Below, in pieces: positions 31,995 to 42,702 of a stretch of 64,000 nucleotides of DNA. The translations under genes and the position numbers were made by a program. Within the stretch, counting starts at the first letter, position 1; every line of letters starts with the position of its first letter. Origin of the DNA: Candidatus Latescibacterota bacterium (GTDB taxonomy: Bacteria > Latescibacterota > UBA2968 > UBA8231); assembly GCA_965197905.1 (NCBI GenBank), contig CBDAOB010000004.1, positions 160,001 to 224,000 on the forward strand. Direction: 5' to 3'. The notes under the pieces are model-generated. The model saw only the letters and a program-made list of their open reading frames with translations, was not told the DNA's origin and ran no database searches.

Positions 31995-32139
31995 CAAAGA
32001 TGTATATACCAGAAGTTTTTGCGGGCGCCAGTCTCCGCGCCCGTCGCCATTGGGTCGTTGAAATTTCCTGCTACTCAACGTAGCAGACTTCGGTTTCGGA
32101 AGTTATTCCGCCTTGTAAACAAGTGTAAAGACTGCCCTC

Positions 32140-33078
32140 TCAAACTCGTCTCAGATTCGCGGCGAACCAAGCGATGGTGCGTTTCAATCCTTCGTCTGGA
32201 GAGACTTTGGGTTCCCAGCCCAACACCTCCCTGGCTTTCGTGATATCGGGAAGACGGATCTTCGGATCATCTGCGGGCAGTGGTCTGAACCCGATCTTGC
32301 TGCTGCTTCCCGACAGCTCGACGATCTTGTTGGCGAGTTCCACCATGCTCAGCTCTGAGGGATTACCAATGTTGAACGGGGTGTTGACGTCCGCTTGCAT
32401 GACCCGGTTTATCACCTCCACCAGGTCGCTTACATGGCACACACTTCGGGTCTGGCTGCCGTCGCCGTACACGGTGATTTCCCGGTCGGTCAGCGCCTGG
32501 GTGATGAAGTTGGGAATAGCCCTCCCGTCGTCAGGTCGCATGCGCTCTCCGTAAGTGTTAAATATGCGCACAATGCGGGTGTCCACCCCGTGCAGTCGGT
32601 GGTACGCCATGGTCATCGATTCGGCGAACCGTTTCGCCTCGTCATAGACCCCGCGAATGCCGATCGGGTTGACGTTGCCCCAGTAATCCTCGTTTTGAGG
32701 ATGGATCAGCGGATCTCCGTAGACCTCCGAAGTCGAAGCGAGGAAAAACTTGGCCCCTTTGGCTACCGCCAATCCGAGTGTCTTGTGCGTACCCAGCGCT
32801 CCAACCTTGAGGATGCGTATGCCCAGATCCTCGAAATCGGCCGGACTGGCCGGGCTGGCAAAATGCAGAATGAAGTCCAGGGGGCCGTCTACGTGAATGA
32901 AATTCGTGACGTCGTATTGCACGAAGTTGAATTTCGGATTGCCAAAATGCTGGCTCACATTGTCGGTTCGTCCGGTTAGCAGGTTGTCCATGCAGATCAC
33001 TTCATGGCCATCCTTGAGAAATCTATCGCAGAGATGTGAGCCGATAAACCCAGCACCTCCGGTTACCAAGATGCGCAT
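32140..33078 (-). CDS. UDP-glucuronate decarboxylase-like NAD-dependent epimerase/dehydratase
   Basis: [45 protein letters not shown]. Confidence 0.92.
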   Translation of the reverse strand: MRILVTGGAGFIGSHLCDRFLKDGHEVICMDNLLTGRTDNVSQHFGNPKFNFVQYDVTNFIHVDGPLDFILHFASPASPADFEDLGIRILKVGALGTHKTLGLAVAKGAKFFLASTSEVYGDPLIHPQNEDYWGNVNPIGIRGVYDEAKRFAESMTMAYHRLHGVDTRIVRIFNTYGERMRPDDGRAIPNFITQALTDREITVYGDGSQTRSVCHVSDLVEVINRVMQADVNTPFNIGNPSELSMVELANKIVELSGSSSKIGFRPLPADDPKIRLPDITKAREVLGWEPKVSPDEGLKRTIAWFAANLRRV

Positions 33079-33109
33079 GTGTGCTCCTCGTCTATCAGGT
33101 TGTGAGCCA

Positions 33110-34213
33110 TTACCGGCGCTCGATACCCCGCCGTAGCACAGCGACCAAGCGTTCGGCGCTGTGCCCATCCCACAATTCCGGAACCTCGAAGGTTGTAGGG
33201 TCATTTTCAAGTGTCTCTAAGGCGGCGCTCACGATCTGTTCGGGATCCTGACCGACCAGCCGGTTCGTGCCCTTTTCGATCGTGATGGGTCGTTCCGTAT
33301 TGCGACGCAGCGTCAGGCACGGCACTCCGAGAATCGTTGCTTCTTCCTGCAAGCCGCCCGAGTCTGTCAGAACCAGTCGGGCCCCTTCCTGCAGTCGCAG
33401 AAAGTCGAGGTAACCCTGTGGTGGCAACAGACGCAGGTTTGGAATGCCCTCCAGATAGCTCTCCATACCGAATTCAGCCAGGCGTTGGCGTGCGCGGTGA
33501 TGGATCTGAAATAGGATCGGTAAATGACCTTGAATCTGGTCGAATGCTCCGAGGATGCCGCGGAGAGCGTTGGGATCGTCGACGTTGGAAGGCCGGTGCA
33601 GGGTCGCCAGCACGTACTCCCGGGGACTCAACTCCAGGCGCTCCAATATGTCCGATGCTGCAGCGCGCGGACGCAGGCGGACAAGGGTATCGATCATCAG
33701 GTTGCCCACCCGAAAGATACACGAAGCCGGAACATTCTCAGCCAGCAGGTTGTCGTCCGCGTCTGCCGAATAGGTGAACAGGAGATCCGAGAGCGCGTCG
33801 GTGGCCAGGCGGTTCAATTCCTCCGGCATGCGCCGGTCGCCGCTACGCAAACCTGCTTCCACATGGGCCACAGCCACATCCCGCTTGCTGGCCGCAACCG
33901 CGCAGGCAGGAGTGGAGGTGACGTCGCCGACCACGACGACGAGGTCGGGATGTTCCGATTCGAGAATAGGATCGAGCTTGTCGACGATCTGGGCGGTCTG
34001 ATGCGCAGGATTACCGCTCCCTGCGTGCAGGTAATACTGCGGATCGGGAAGATCGAGATCCTCGAAGAATACCTCAGACATCTGAAAGTCAAAATGCTGG
34101 CCGGTATGGACGAACAACAACTCGAATTCAGCAGGAAATTTGTGTAGCTCGGCCAGGAGGGGGGCGACCTTCATGAAATTGGGACGCGCCCCGGCAACTA
34201 CGAGTATCTTCAT
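33110..34213 (-). CDS. wecB: UDP-N-acetylglucosamine 2-epimerase (non-hydrolysing)
   Basis: [36 protein letters not shown]. Confidence 0.94.
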   Translation of the reverse strand: MKILVVAGARPNFMKVAPLLAELHKFPAEFELLFVHTGQHFDFQMSEVFFEDLDLPDPQYYLHAGSGNPAHQTAQIVDKLDPILESEHPDLVVVVGDVTSTPACAVAASKRDVAVAHVEAGLRSGDRRMPEELNRLATDALSDLLFTYSADADDNLLAENVPASCIFRVGNLMIDTLVRLRPRAAASDILERLELSPREYVLATLHRPSNVDDPNALRGILGAFDQIQGHLPILFQIHHRARQRLAEFGMESYLEGIPNLRLLPPQGYLDFLRLQEGARLVLTDSGGLQEEATILGVPCLTLRRNTERPITIEKGTNRLVGQDPEQIVSAALETLENDPTTFEVPELWDGHSAERLVAVLRRGIERR

Positions 34214-34434
34214 CGGTTTCGTGGGAGTCAGGTGCGATCGAGCCGCAACGGGGATAAAATATAGATTTCTGAGGGGGTCCCGGCAATGTGAAGCCGACCG
34301 CCGAGCGACCCCCTGCGCAAGGCTACGCAGCACGATGAAACCAGGTTATTGCCTTTTACGGCATACGTTGTAAGATGTTGTTAAATATTTACTTGCTGCA
34401 ATTATTTGCAGTGCGAACTGTGGTCGAGTCTCAA

Positions 34435-34463
34435 TTGACGACGCCCATAACAATCGCTATGTT
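34435..34463 (+). promoter_or_regulatory. putative sigma70 promoter for dnaE
   Basis: TTGACG, 17 bp, TATGTT. Confidence 0.45.
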
Positions 34464-34627
34464 TGACCGCACGGAGCCGTTTCAACCCCATTATTTTCGG
34501 TTCCGGTCCCATCTCCCCGCAGGATCCATTTCATACATTGCCGAACGGCGAACCTCGATTGATGCCGCGACGTCGGTTCCATCGAGCCGCTGAAGGTGTC
34601 GCCACACCAGACGGAGGCAAGTGAACC

Positions 34628-37600
34628 ATGGCTACTGCTGATTTCGTACATCTGCATGGTCACAGCGAGTACAGTCTGCTAGACGGAGGCTGTCACGTTT
34701 CCAAGATGGCCACCAAGGCGGCCGATTTCGGTATGCCCGCGCTCGCTCTAACCGATCACGGCAATCTCTTTGGCGCAGTGGGACATTTCAAATCCTGCAA
34801 GGTTGCCGGCATAACCCCCATTATCGGGTGCGAGGTTTACGTCGCCGTCGGCAGCCGGCAACTGCGACAAGCCGCCAGAGGTTTGAATCATGCCTCGAAC
34901 CACCTGGTGCTGCTGGCACAAAACCAGATTGGGTATCGCAACCTCACCAAGCTGGTGTCCAAGGCCTACACCGAGGGGTACTACTACTTTCCTCGAATCG
35001 ACAAGAAGCTGTTGCGCCAGCACAGCGAAGGACTGATTTGCCTCTCCGCCTGCCTCAGCGGCGAGATCGCCCACCTCCTGGATCGGGAGGGACTGGAGGA
35101 AGCCGAGGGAGCGGCCCGCGAATACCAGGACATTTTCGGTGACCGTTATTATCTGGAGATTCAACGGCACGGCATCGACCGCGAAAAGAAGGTCAATGAG
35201 GGCCTCCTGAAGCTGCACGCAAAGCTTGGGATTCCCCTGGTAGCAACCAACGATTTTCACTTCCTGGGCGCCGACGACCATGCGGCTCACGACGCTCTCA
35301 TTTGCATCCAAACCGGCAAAACGGTAGCTGATCAAAACCGCATGTGTTATCCCGACGGTCTCTACATGAAAAGCCCGAAGGAGATGCAAAAGCTTTTCAG
35401 CGATCTGCCGGAAGCGGTCGAGAACACCCTGAAGATCGCCGATCAATGCCACGTCGAATTCGAATTCGATACCATGCATCTGCCCAAGTTCCCGATCCCG
35501 GAGGGGCATGCAGACGAGAAGGCGTATCTGACGTTTTTGGCCGAGGAGGGCTTGGTCCGTCGCTACGAGAGTCCCGATGACGGGATCCGCAAACGACTTC
35601 AGTACGAGTTGGACACCATCAATGGAATGGGCTATTCCGGGTATTTCCTGATTGTCCAGGACTACGTGCAATACGCCCGCAGTCACCGTATTCCGGTTGG
35701 GCCTGGCCGCGGTTCGGGGGCGGGGAGTCTGGTGGCCTATTGCTTGGGGATTACCGGCACCGACCCGATTGGCCGCGGCCTCCTTTTCGAGCGATTTCTC
35801 AATCCCGAGCGCAAGGAGTTTCCCGATATCGATGTGGACTTCGCCGACACGGGCCGCGATCAGGTAATCAAATACGTCATAGAAAAATACGGTGAAGAAA
35901 ATGTCTGCCAAGTCATCACCTTCGGCACCATGGGGGCAAAAGCGGTGATTCGCGACGTGGGTCGCGTGCTGGGCATGGAATTCGGAGAGGTGGATCGCAT
36001 CGCCAAGCTCATCCCGAACGAGCTCAAGATCACCCTGGAAAAAGCGATAGGTCGGGTTCCAGAGCTGCAGCAGATGAATGAATCGAGTGATGAGAAGGGG
36101 CAGCTCATCGCCCATGCGTTGAAGCTCGAAGGGTTGGCTCGCCATGCTTCGGTGCACGCCGCCGCGGTGATCATCGCACCGGGGGACCTGACCGACTTTG
36201 TCCCGCTGTATCGAGCGCCCAAGGATGGGCGCATTACGACGCAGTTCGACGGCAACACTTGCGATGATATCGGCCTGCTGAAGATGGATTTTCTGGGACT
36301 GAAGGAACTGTCTCTCATGGACGAAGCGGTGCGGCTGATTCGCTTGGATCAACCGGAGTTCGACCTGGAGACCGTGCCTTGGGACGACGCAGCTACCTTT
36401 CGACTATTTGGAGCCGGCGAGACGATCGGAGTGTTCCAGTTCGAGAGTGGCGGCCAGCGAGAATATCTGAAACAGCTGAAGCCAGACTGTATCGATGACA
36501 TTATCGCCATGAACGCCCTCTATCGCCCGGGCCCCATGGAGAAGATTCCCACTTTTATCGCGCGTAAGCACGGGCGGGAACCGGTCAACTACGATCACCC
36601 AGATATGGAGTCGTCGCTGGCCGAGACATACGGAGTCATGGTGTATCAGGAGCAGGTAATGTCCGTAGCTCAAAAACTGGCCGGATTCAGCCTCGGTCAA
36701 GCCTACACCATGATCAAAGCCATCAGCAAGAAAAAGACCGAGCAGATGGCGGAGATGAAGAAGGATTTTATCGCGGGGTGCACGGAACGCGGCGTCGACC
36801 AGCGGACCGCCGACAAGATCTTTGGCGACATCGCGGTTTTTGCCGGTTACGGTTTTAACCGCTCTCACTCGGCGCCGTACTCGGAGATTGCCTACAAAAA
36901 CGCCTACCTAAAAGCGAACTATCCGAAACAGTACATGGCTGCCAGCCTTACTGTGGCCCGCGACAACACCGATACGCTGACCGTGCTGTTGGATGAATGT
37001 CGCAGAATGGAGATCGAGGTGCTGCCGCCGGACATAAACGGCAGCGCGTTGAATTTCACCCCGACGAGCGACGGGATCCGCTTCGGTTTGGCGGCCATCA
37101 AGAACGTGGGTGCCGGCGCGGCCCAGAGTGTGGTGGACGCACGCGTACAGGACGGAAATTTCCTCACGCTCCTGGAATTCTGTGAGCGCGTGGACTTGCG
37201 ATCCGTCAATCGGCGGGTGATGGAGAGCCTTGTCGCCGCCGGGGCCTTGGACAGTCTGGAGGGCAATCGTGCGCAGCAGTTCGAAGCGCTCGATATGGCG
37301 CTCCGGTGGGCGCAGAAGGCGCAAGAGGATCGCGAGCGGGGGCAAATCAGCCTGTTCGGAGGTGAGCAGGGAGACGGTGGGGCGGCGGAATTGGGGCGTT
37401 TCGAACTTCCCGAGGTGCAGGAGTGGGACGACTCAGACAGGTTGCGCAAGGAACGCGAACTCCTCGGCTTCTATCTGTCCGGGCATCCTCTGCACCGCTA
37501 CGCCAACGATCTTCAAGCATTCGCGACACCCCTGGCAAGTCTGGCGCAGCTGGACGAGGGGATGCAGATACGGGTCGGCGGGTTGGTGACGCGGGTCAGC

Positions 37601-38107
37601 GACTTCGAACGCCGCGGGCAGCGCTTCGCCTTCGTCACGTTGGAGGATCTAACTGGTGCGGGAGATATCGCCTTCTTTTCCGAGTCCTACGAGGCGCACA
37701 GCGCCCTCCTTCAGGACGGCAAGGCGCTGCTTGTAGGTGGTCGTGTTTCGGTCCGCAACGGCAGATCGAGCGTGCAATCGGATGCGGCCTGGCCGCTGGA
37801 AGAAGTCCGCGAGCAGCTCACCAAATCGCTCAATCTGGAGCTTCCATTCGAAGAGGTGCGGGAAGAGGTGCTCGCCGAGCTGCGGCAGCTATTCCAGCGA
37901 TATCTCGGTGAGTGCGAGCTGTTACTCCACCTCAAGAACGGGGGGGAAAAGAACACGGTGGTGCGCTCGCGCAGCATACGGGTGCGACCATGCGATGAAT
38001 TGCTGAAGGAGATCGACGGAATCATCGGCCCGAAACGGACGTGGCTGACCGCTGCCCCGCAGCAATTTGCTGCTGTACCTACGAGGAATCGGTTCGCCCG
38101 CGCCTGA
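34628..38107 (+). CDS. dnaE: DNA polymerase III subunit alpha
   Basis: FVHLHGHSEYSLLDG PHP domain, GPGRGSGAGS, PDIDVDF, KMDFLGL, YGFNRSH. Confidence 0.98.
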   Translation: MATADFVHLHGHSEYSLLDGGCHVSKMATKAADFGMPALALTDHGNLFGAVGHFKSCKVAGITPIIGCEVYVAVGSRQLRQAARGLNHASNHLVLLAQNQIGYRNLTKLVSKAYTEGYYYFPRIDKKLLRQHSEGLICLSACLSGEIAHLLDREGLEEAEGAAREYQDIFGDRYYLEIQRHGIDREKKVNEGLLKLHAKLGIPLVATNDFHFLGADDHAAHDALICIQTGKTVADQNRMCYPDGLYMKSPKEMQKLFSDLPEAVENTLKIADQCHVEFEFDTMHLPKFPIPEGHADEKAYLTFLAEEGLVRRYESPDDGIRKRLQYELDTINGMGYSGYFLIVQDYVQYARSHRIPVGPGRGSGAGSLVAYCLGITGTDPIGRGLLFERFLNPERKEFPDIDVDFADTGRDQVIKYVIEKYGEENVCQVITFGTMGAKAVIRDVGRVLGMEFGEVDRIAKLIPNELKITLEKAIGRVPELQQMNESSDEKGQLIAHALKLEGLARHASVHAAAVIIAPGDLTDFVPLYRAPKDGRITTQFDGNTCDDIGLLKMDFLGLKELSLMDEAVRLIRLDQPEFDLETVPWDDAATFRLFGAGETIGVFQFESGGQREYLKQLKPDCIDDIIAMNALYRPGPMEKIPTFIARKHGREPVNYDHPDMESSLAETYGVMVYQEQVMSVAQKLAGFSLGQAYTMIKAISKKKTEQMAEMKKDFIAGCTERGVDQRTADKIFGDIAVFAGYGFNRSHSAPYSEIAYKNAYLKANYPKQYMAASLTVARDNTDTLTVLLDECRRMEIEVLPPDINGSALNFTPTSDGIRFGLAAIKNVGAGAAQSVVDARVQDGNFLTLLEFCERVDLRSVNRRVMESLVAAGALDSLEGNRAQQFEALDMALRWAQKAQEDRERGQISLFGGEQGDGGAAELGRFELPEVQEWDDSDRLRKERELLGFYLSGHPLHRYANDLQAFATPLASLAQLDEGMQIRVGGLVTRVSDFERRGQRFAFVTLEDLTGAGDIAFFSESYEAHSALLQDGKALLVGGRVSVRNGRSSVQSDAAWPLEEVREQLTKSLNLELPFEEVREEVLAELRQLFQRYLGECELLLHLKNGGEKNTVVRSRSIRVRPCDELLKEIDGIIGPKRTWLTAAPQQFAAVPTRNRFARA

Positions 38108-38258
38108 ATCCGAGGCTACACTAGAGACATCTAAAAGGACGACGAACTACGGTCCGCGATCGCATACCCGCTTGACCGTTTGACGCCGGCTGAGCGGTCT
38201 GTACTTTCAACCTCAACTCGGATTTTCCGGGTGACTCGCCGCAGAAAGCTGTTGGACT

Positions 38259-38753
38259 TTGGTTGCATTGCGCTACGTCACATTCCTGGCCTTGCTGGCA
38301 ACATTCCTGAATTGCTCGCCGCAGCAGGCACCCGCTACGGACGCCGCCGCCAGCATCCAACCCGCCTCAAGTCTCGATATAGGAGCCTACAAGGGTAAAG
38401 TGGTCTTGCTGAATTTCTGGGCCACCTGGTGCGGTCCCTGCCGCATCGAGATACCCGACCTGGTTCGCCTCAATCAACAGTTCGCCCCGAGCGAGGTGGT
38501 GATCATCGGCGTTTCCCTCGACAAGAACGGAACGCCTGAAGAGTTACGAGTTCAGTTGGAGAAGTTTGTAGAGGCCTACAAGATCGATTATCCGATTTTC
38601 CTCGATAACGAAGGTTTGTTGCACCGGCAATTCGGCAGTTTCGCCTTCGTGCCCGCTACCTTTTTGATCGACCGACAGGGGCAGGTCGCCCATTCATACT
38701 GGGGCGTAAAGTCTTTTGGTGAGTTTACCAAGGGAATAGAAGAGTTGCTGTAG
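38259..38753 (+). CDS. TlpA-family thiol:disulfide oxidoreductase (probable lipoprotein)
   Basis: FLNC lipobox-like signal, NFWATWCGPC. Confidence 0.9.
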   Translation: MVALRYVTFLALLATFLNCSPQQAPATDAAASIQPASSLDIGAYKGKVVLLNFWATWCGPCRIEIPDLVRLNQQFAPSEVVIIGVSLDKNGTPEELRVQLEKFVEAYKIDYPIFLDNEGLLHRQFGSFAFVPATFLIDRQGQVAHSYWGVKSFGEFTKGIEELL

Positions 38754-38787
38754 AAAATTTGGTCCTCGCGATGCAGGGCCTAGGAAA

Positions 38788-38830
38788 TAGAAAAGCGGGT
38801 CGATTCGTTGGAATCGCCCCGCTTTTTCTA
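38788..38830. terminator. bidirectional intrinsic terminator
   Basis: AAAAGCGGGTCGATTC-GTTG-GAATCGCCCCGCTTTTT between convergent genes. Confidence 0.8.
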
Positions 38831-38846
38831 TCTGTAACGGATCTGG

Positions 38847-39158
38847 TTAGTGGGTGGAGTAGAGCCGTTCTACGATCCGTTTTCCATGTCGCTTAACCAG
38901 GACTTCCTTAAAGGTATCAATGGTCGTGTTGTCGCGGAGATGTTCGAGCATCGCCTTTCTGTTCATAACCATCATGGTGCCCTGTCGATAGTCGGGGAAC
39001 CGACAGAAGGAAGCCGGAACGGGGTCGCCCGTTAAGCAGCAGTTCTCTTCCAGCTCCAATTCGACCTGGGATCCTGGATCGAAGGAGAAGTCAGTGCCAT
39101 CGTCATCTCCCTGACTCTCACTTTTGGGGGCACGGCCACGCGATTCTGCCATCGTCAT
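38847..39158 (-). CDS. hypothetical protein, about 100 aa
   Basis: RBS GGAG before ATG; fills the gap between map and the terminator; no recognised motif. Confidence 0.65.
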   Translation of the reverse strand: MTMAESRGRAPKSESQGDDDGTDFSFDPGSQVELELEENCCLTGDPVPASFCRFPDYRQGTMMVMNRKAMLEHLRDNTTIDTFKEVLVKRHGKRIVERLYSTH

Positions 39159-39221
39159 TATCTCCGTTGAATTCGTTAGGGCATCAAATATAGCGGGGAT
39201 GGCGGGATTGGCAAGCGCGGC

Positions 39222-39983
39222 TCAGTACGGCAGGTCTTCGAATCTGGAGAGAACGTCGGCCCCGTTCTTCGTCACAGCCACGGTGTGCTCGAACTGCGCC
39301 GAAAGCGAGCCATCCGCTGTAACCGCGGTCCAGTTATCCCCCAGCAACCGGGTTTCGGCCTCACCGCTATTTACCATCGGCTCAACCGTAAATACCATGC
39401 CAGCCTGCAGTCGCCGGCCGGTTCCCGGATCACCGTAATGCAACAATTGCGGCTCTTCGTGGAAAGCGCGCCCGAGACCATGACCGCAATACTCGCGGAC
39501 CACCGACAACCCCTCCGCTTCGACAAAGGTCTGAATGACGTTGCCTACGTCGCCCAGCCGTTTCCCGAGCACACAGCATTCCAATCCAAGATTCAAGGCT
39601 TGTCGTGTGGCATCGGTCAAGTGCCGCGCCTCGCCCCCGATCTCACCGACACCGGTGGTCACATTCATGTCGCCGTGGTAGCCGTCTTTCTGCACCGCGA
39701 TGTCGATGGCCACGATGTCTCCTTCTTGGAGGATTCGCTTTCCGGGGATGCCGTGAACGACCTCCTCGTTCACCGACAAACATATGCTGCCCGGGTACCC
39801 CTTATACCCTTTGGCACTGGCTTTCGCGTCGCGACCGCGAATAAAATCTTCCGCCACCTTGTCGAGCTCCAATGTAGTTACACCCGGGGCGACTCTGTCG
39901 ATTACCTCCGTAATCGCCTCGGCGGCAATGCGGCAACTGGCTCTAATTTTTTCGATCTCGCGAGTCGATTTCAGATGGATCAT
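39222..39983 (-). CDS. map: methionine aminopeptidase type I
   Basis: SVNEEVVHGIP, DGYHGD, GHGLG, FTVEPM, SAQFEHT. Confidence 0.97.
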   Translation of the reverse strand: MIHLKSTREIEKIRASCRIAAEAITEVIDRVAPGVTTLELDKVAEDFIRGRDAKASAKGYKGYPGSICLSVNEEVVHGIPGKRILQEGDIVAIDIAVQKDGYHGDMNVTTGVGEIGGEARHLTDATRQALNLGLECCVLGKRLGDVGNVIQTFVEAEGLSVVREYCGHGLGRAFHEEPQLLHYGDPGTGRRLQAGMVFTVEPMVNSGEAETRLLGDNWTAVTADGSLSAQFEHTVAVTKNGADVLSRFEDLPY

Positions 39984-40105
39984 GGCGCGGTGAGAATCAT
40001 GAGTGACGGGAGGCGCAACCTACGGCTTTGCTTCGGAAAAGGTCGACACATAGATTCCATCCTGTCAAGAATACGCCCAACCAAACCGAGACCACACAAC
40101 CTCGT

Positions 40106-41125
40106 TTGATCCCGCGCGTTTCAGTTCTGCTACCCGTATTCAACGCAGCTGCAACCCTCGATGAGACCGTGCGTAGCCTTTTGGCCCAAACTCTCAAGGA
40201 GTTCGAAATCGTCGCGGTGAACGATGGATCCGACGACGGTTCGGTAGAGCTTCTAAAAAGCTGGAGCACAAAAGATGCCCGCCTGCGCGTGCAGAGTGGT
40301 CCCCACGCCGGTCTTATCGCTGCCCTGAATACGGGGCTGGAGCTGTGTCGTAGTCCCTTGGTGGCGCGCATGGACGCCGACGACACCGTTCATCCCCGGC
40401 GGCTCGAAAAGCAGTCGCAGATGTTTGCCGACCGTCCCGAGCTGAATGTGGTGGGCAGCTTGGTGGAAACCGTTCCGCGACAGGAAGTGGGCGCAGGTCT
40501 GCTCATATATGAACAATGGCTCAATAGCCTGGTGGACCATGCGGATATAACGAGGGAGATATTTATCGAGAGTCCGATCGCCCATCCAAGTGCCATGGTT
40601 CGTCGCGAGGAAATCTTGAAGCTGGGCGGTTACCGGGAGTGTGGTTGGCCCGAAGATTACGACCTATGGCTGCGGTACTACCTTCAAGGCAGCCGGTTTG
40701 CCAAGGTCAATGAAGTGCTGCTCTACTGGCGCGAACATCCGGGTCGGCTGTCTCGCACCGACGGCCGTTACTCCATCGAGAATTTTCTCAAAGTCAAAGC
40801 TCACTTTCTGATTGCCGGCCCCCTCGCCGACAGCGATGCGGTTTTCATGTGGGGGGCGGGCAAAACCGGACGCCGTCTCAGCAAACATCTCATCCGCGGG
40901 GGATGCACGCCGACTGCGGTGGTTGATATAGATCCGAAGAAGATCGGTTCAGTCTTGCGCGGCCGCCCGCTCGTGGCGCCGGATTCTCTGGAGCAGCAGT
41001 GGGCCCGATTCCAATCTCCGTTTCTGGTTGTCGCCGTCGCCTCGCGGGGCGCCCGCGCATTGATCCGCCGCACACTAGTGGCAAAAGGTCTGGTGGAAGG
41101 GAGGCATTTTCTCTTCGCGGCGTAG
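40106..41125 (+). CDS. glycosyltransferase family 2
   Basis: VSVLLPVFN, NDGSDD, ARMDADD, EDYDLW. Start position uncertain. Confidence 0.88.
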   Translation: MIPRVSVLLPVFNAAATLDETVRSLLAQTLKEFEIVAVNDGSDDGSVELLKSWSTKDARLRVQSGPHAGLIAALNTGLELCRSPLVARMDADDTVHPRRLEKQSQMFADRPELNVVGSLVETVPRQEVGAGLLIYEQWLNSLVDHADITREIFIESPIAHPSAMVRREEILKLGGYRECGWPEDYDLWLRYYLQGSRFAKVNEVLLYWREHPGRLSRTDGRYSIENFLKVKAHFLIAGPLADSDAVFMWGAGKTGRRLSKHLIRGGCTPTAVVDIDPKKIGSVLRGRPLVAPDSLEQQWARFQSPFLVVAVASRGARALIRRTLVAKGLVEGRHFLFAA

Positions 41126-41142
41126 AAAGGGGAAGGAGGCCA

Positions 41143-41667
41143 ATGAGCGTATTCGATCGAATGGAAGTCATCCGCGGCGACATCACGGAACTCGATGTGG
41201 ATGTCATCGTCAACGCAGCAAATCGAAGTTTACTCGGTGGTGGAGGCGTAGACGGCGCCATTCACCGTAAAGCCGGACCGGGCTTGCTGGCGGAGTGTCG
41301 TTTCCTGAACGGATGCGAAACCGGAAAGGCCAAGATCACCGAGGGACATTCGCTACCGGCGAGATTTGTGATCCACGCGGTGGGACCGATGTATGGTGGT
41401 GGACCGGACGATGCCCGGCAGCTGGAGAGCTGTTACCGCAACAGTCTTCAGCTTGCCGCGAATCGCGATCTCGACACGATTGCGTTTCCAGCCATCAGCT
41501 GCGGGGTGTACGGCTACCCGATCGAGGAGGCAGCCCCCATTGCAATCGAAACAGCGCGCGACTTCCTCCGCGAAAACCGGCAGCCGGCGAAGGTGATGTT
41601 CGTGCTTTTTTCCGAGAACCACCGGAAGATCTATTTGCGCAGGTTGAACCTGCTTGCCGCCGGGTGA
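41143..41667 (+). CDS. macrodomain protein (O-acetyl-ADP-ribose deacetylase, YmdB-like)
   Basis: GDIT, VNAAN, GGGGVDGAIH, HAVGP, PAISCGVYGYP; RBS AAGGAGG. Confidence 0.93.
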   Translation: MSVFDRMEVIRGDITELDVDVIVNAANRSLLGGGGVDGAIHRKAGPGLLAECRFLNGCETGKAKITEGHSLPARFVIHAVGPMYGGGPDDARQLESCYRNSLQLAANRDLDTIAFPAISCGVYGYPIEEAAPIAIETARDFLRENRQPAKVMFVLFSENHRKIYLRRLNLLAAG

Positions 41668-41782
41668 GTCTTCGACGCATCTCGCTCGCCCCGCACCGAT
41701 TTTACAGGAATAATTTTCTCTTCCGGAAATTCGTTCCGCTTAACACCCGGGCCGGCTCACCTGATTTTCAGGTGGCGAAAAA

Positions 41783-41798
41783 TGGCATACATGTTGCT
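41783..41798 (+). promoter_or_regulatory. sigma54 (-24/-12) promoter
   Basis: TGGCAT-ACATG-TTGCT matches TGGCAC-N5-TTGCW, about 40 bp upstream of ATG 41837. Confidence 0.65.
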
Positions 41799-41836
41799 AA
41801 TTCAGAGGAAAGCATCTCCTCGAATAGGAGGGCAAC

Positions 41837-42583
41837 ATGCGAAACGTCGATTACATCGATCTGGCCAACGGCGAACGAGAAAAGAGCTTCTTCTTCGTCC
41901 TCAACGCATATCTGCACTCCCGCATCGATCGCAAGCGCGAATCGATCGATGACGAAGAGGTCAACGTCTATATGGCCCACCTCCTGCACTCGCTGGTCGA
42001 TGGTCGGTTCTACACCGACAATCACGAGCTCCTGGCGACCACCCCCACCGACGTATTCACGAAAGGGGAGGAGTGCGACAGCAACCACCACAAGCTCAAG
42101 GTCTACCGGGCGAACGCCGATCATCGCTTCATCTCCTTCGGCCTGTTTTCAGGTTTTGGGGACCACCGATCGCGCTACGGGGCCAACCAAAACAGCAGCG
42201 AAACCTATCTGGAGCAAGCCCAGCAGTTCTATTCCTGGGCAGCCGTGTTCTCTTCCAGGCTCCCGCGAAAATACCGGGGATTGTCCGCGACGCTGGAAAA
42301 GATCGCGGATCAATTCGAGATCTACCTCGAAATTCTCGGCCATATGGGCAGCAAGTACTTCAACCTGTTGCAGCGGCTGACCACCGGTGAGCTGTTCCAT
42401 TTGGAACGCGAGATCAACGATCGCGCAAAACCCGCCATCTGCGACGTGGCCCTGGACCGCATGCTAGACGCCTATAACTGCTGGCAGTCACACCGCAGCG
42501 ATAAGAGTCGCGCTCAGTTCGTCGAAGCGCGCGAACAGTACGGCGCTCTCAACCCACAGTTCTCCGCTCAAAGTCTCGACTAG
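41837..42583 (+). CDS. hypothetical protein, predicted mostly helical, 248 aa
   Basis: RBS AGGAGG, plausible composition, no motif recognised. Confidence 0.8.
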   Translation: MRNVDYIDLANGEREKSFFFVLNAYLHSRIDRKRESIDDEEVNVYMAHLLHSLVDGRFYTDNHELLATTPTDVFTKGEECDSNHHKLKVYRANADHRFISFGLFSGFGDHRSRYGANQNSSETYLEQAQQFYSWAAVFSSRLPRKYRGLSATLEKIADQFEIYLEILGHMGSKYFNLLQRLTTGELFHLEREINDRAKPAICDVALDRMLDAYNCWQSHRSDKSRAQFVEAREQYGALNPQFSAQSLD

Positions 42584-42702
42584 TCTCCTTCTCGGAAGAA
42601 CGACGACGCAACACATCGGTACGGCTTGAACTGCCATGGCCGTTTTGATAGGTTGCTCGGTAGCTCTCCGCATTCCTGTACGCCTAACCACAGAATCCTT
42701 CC

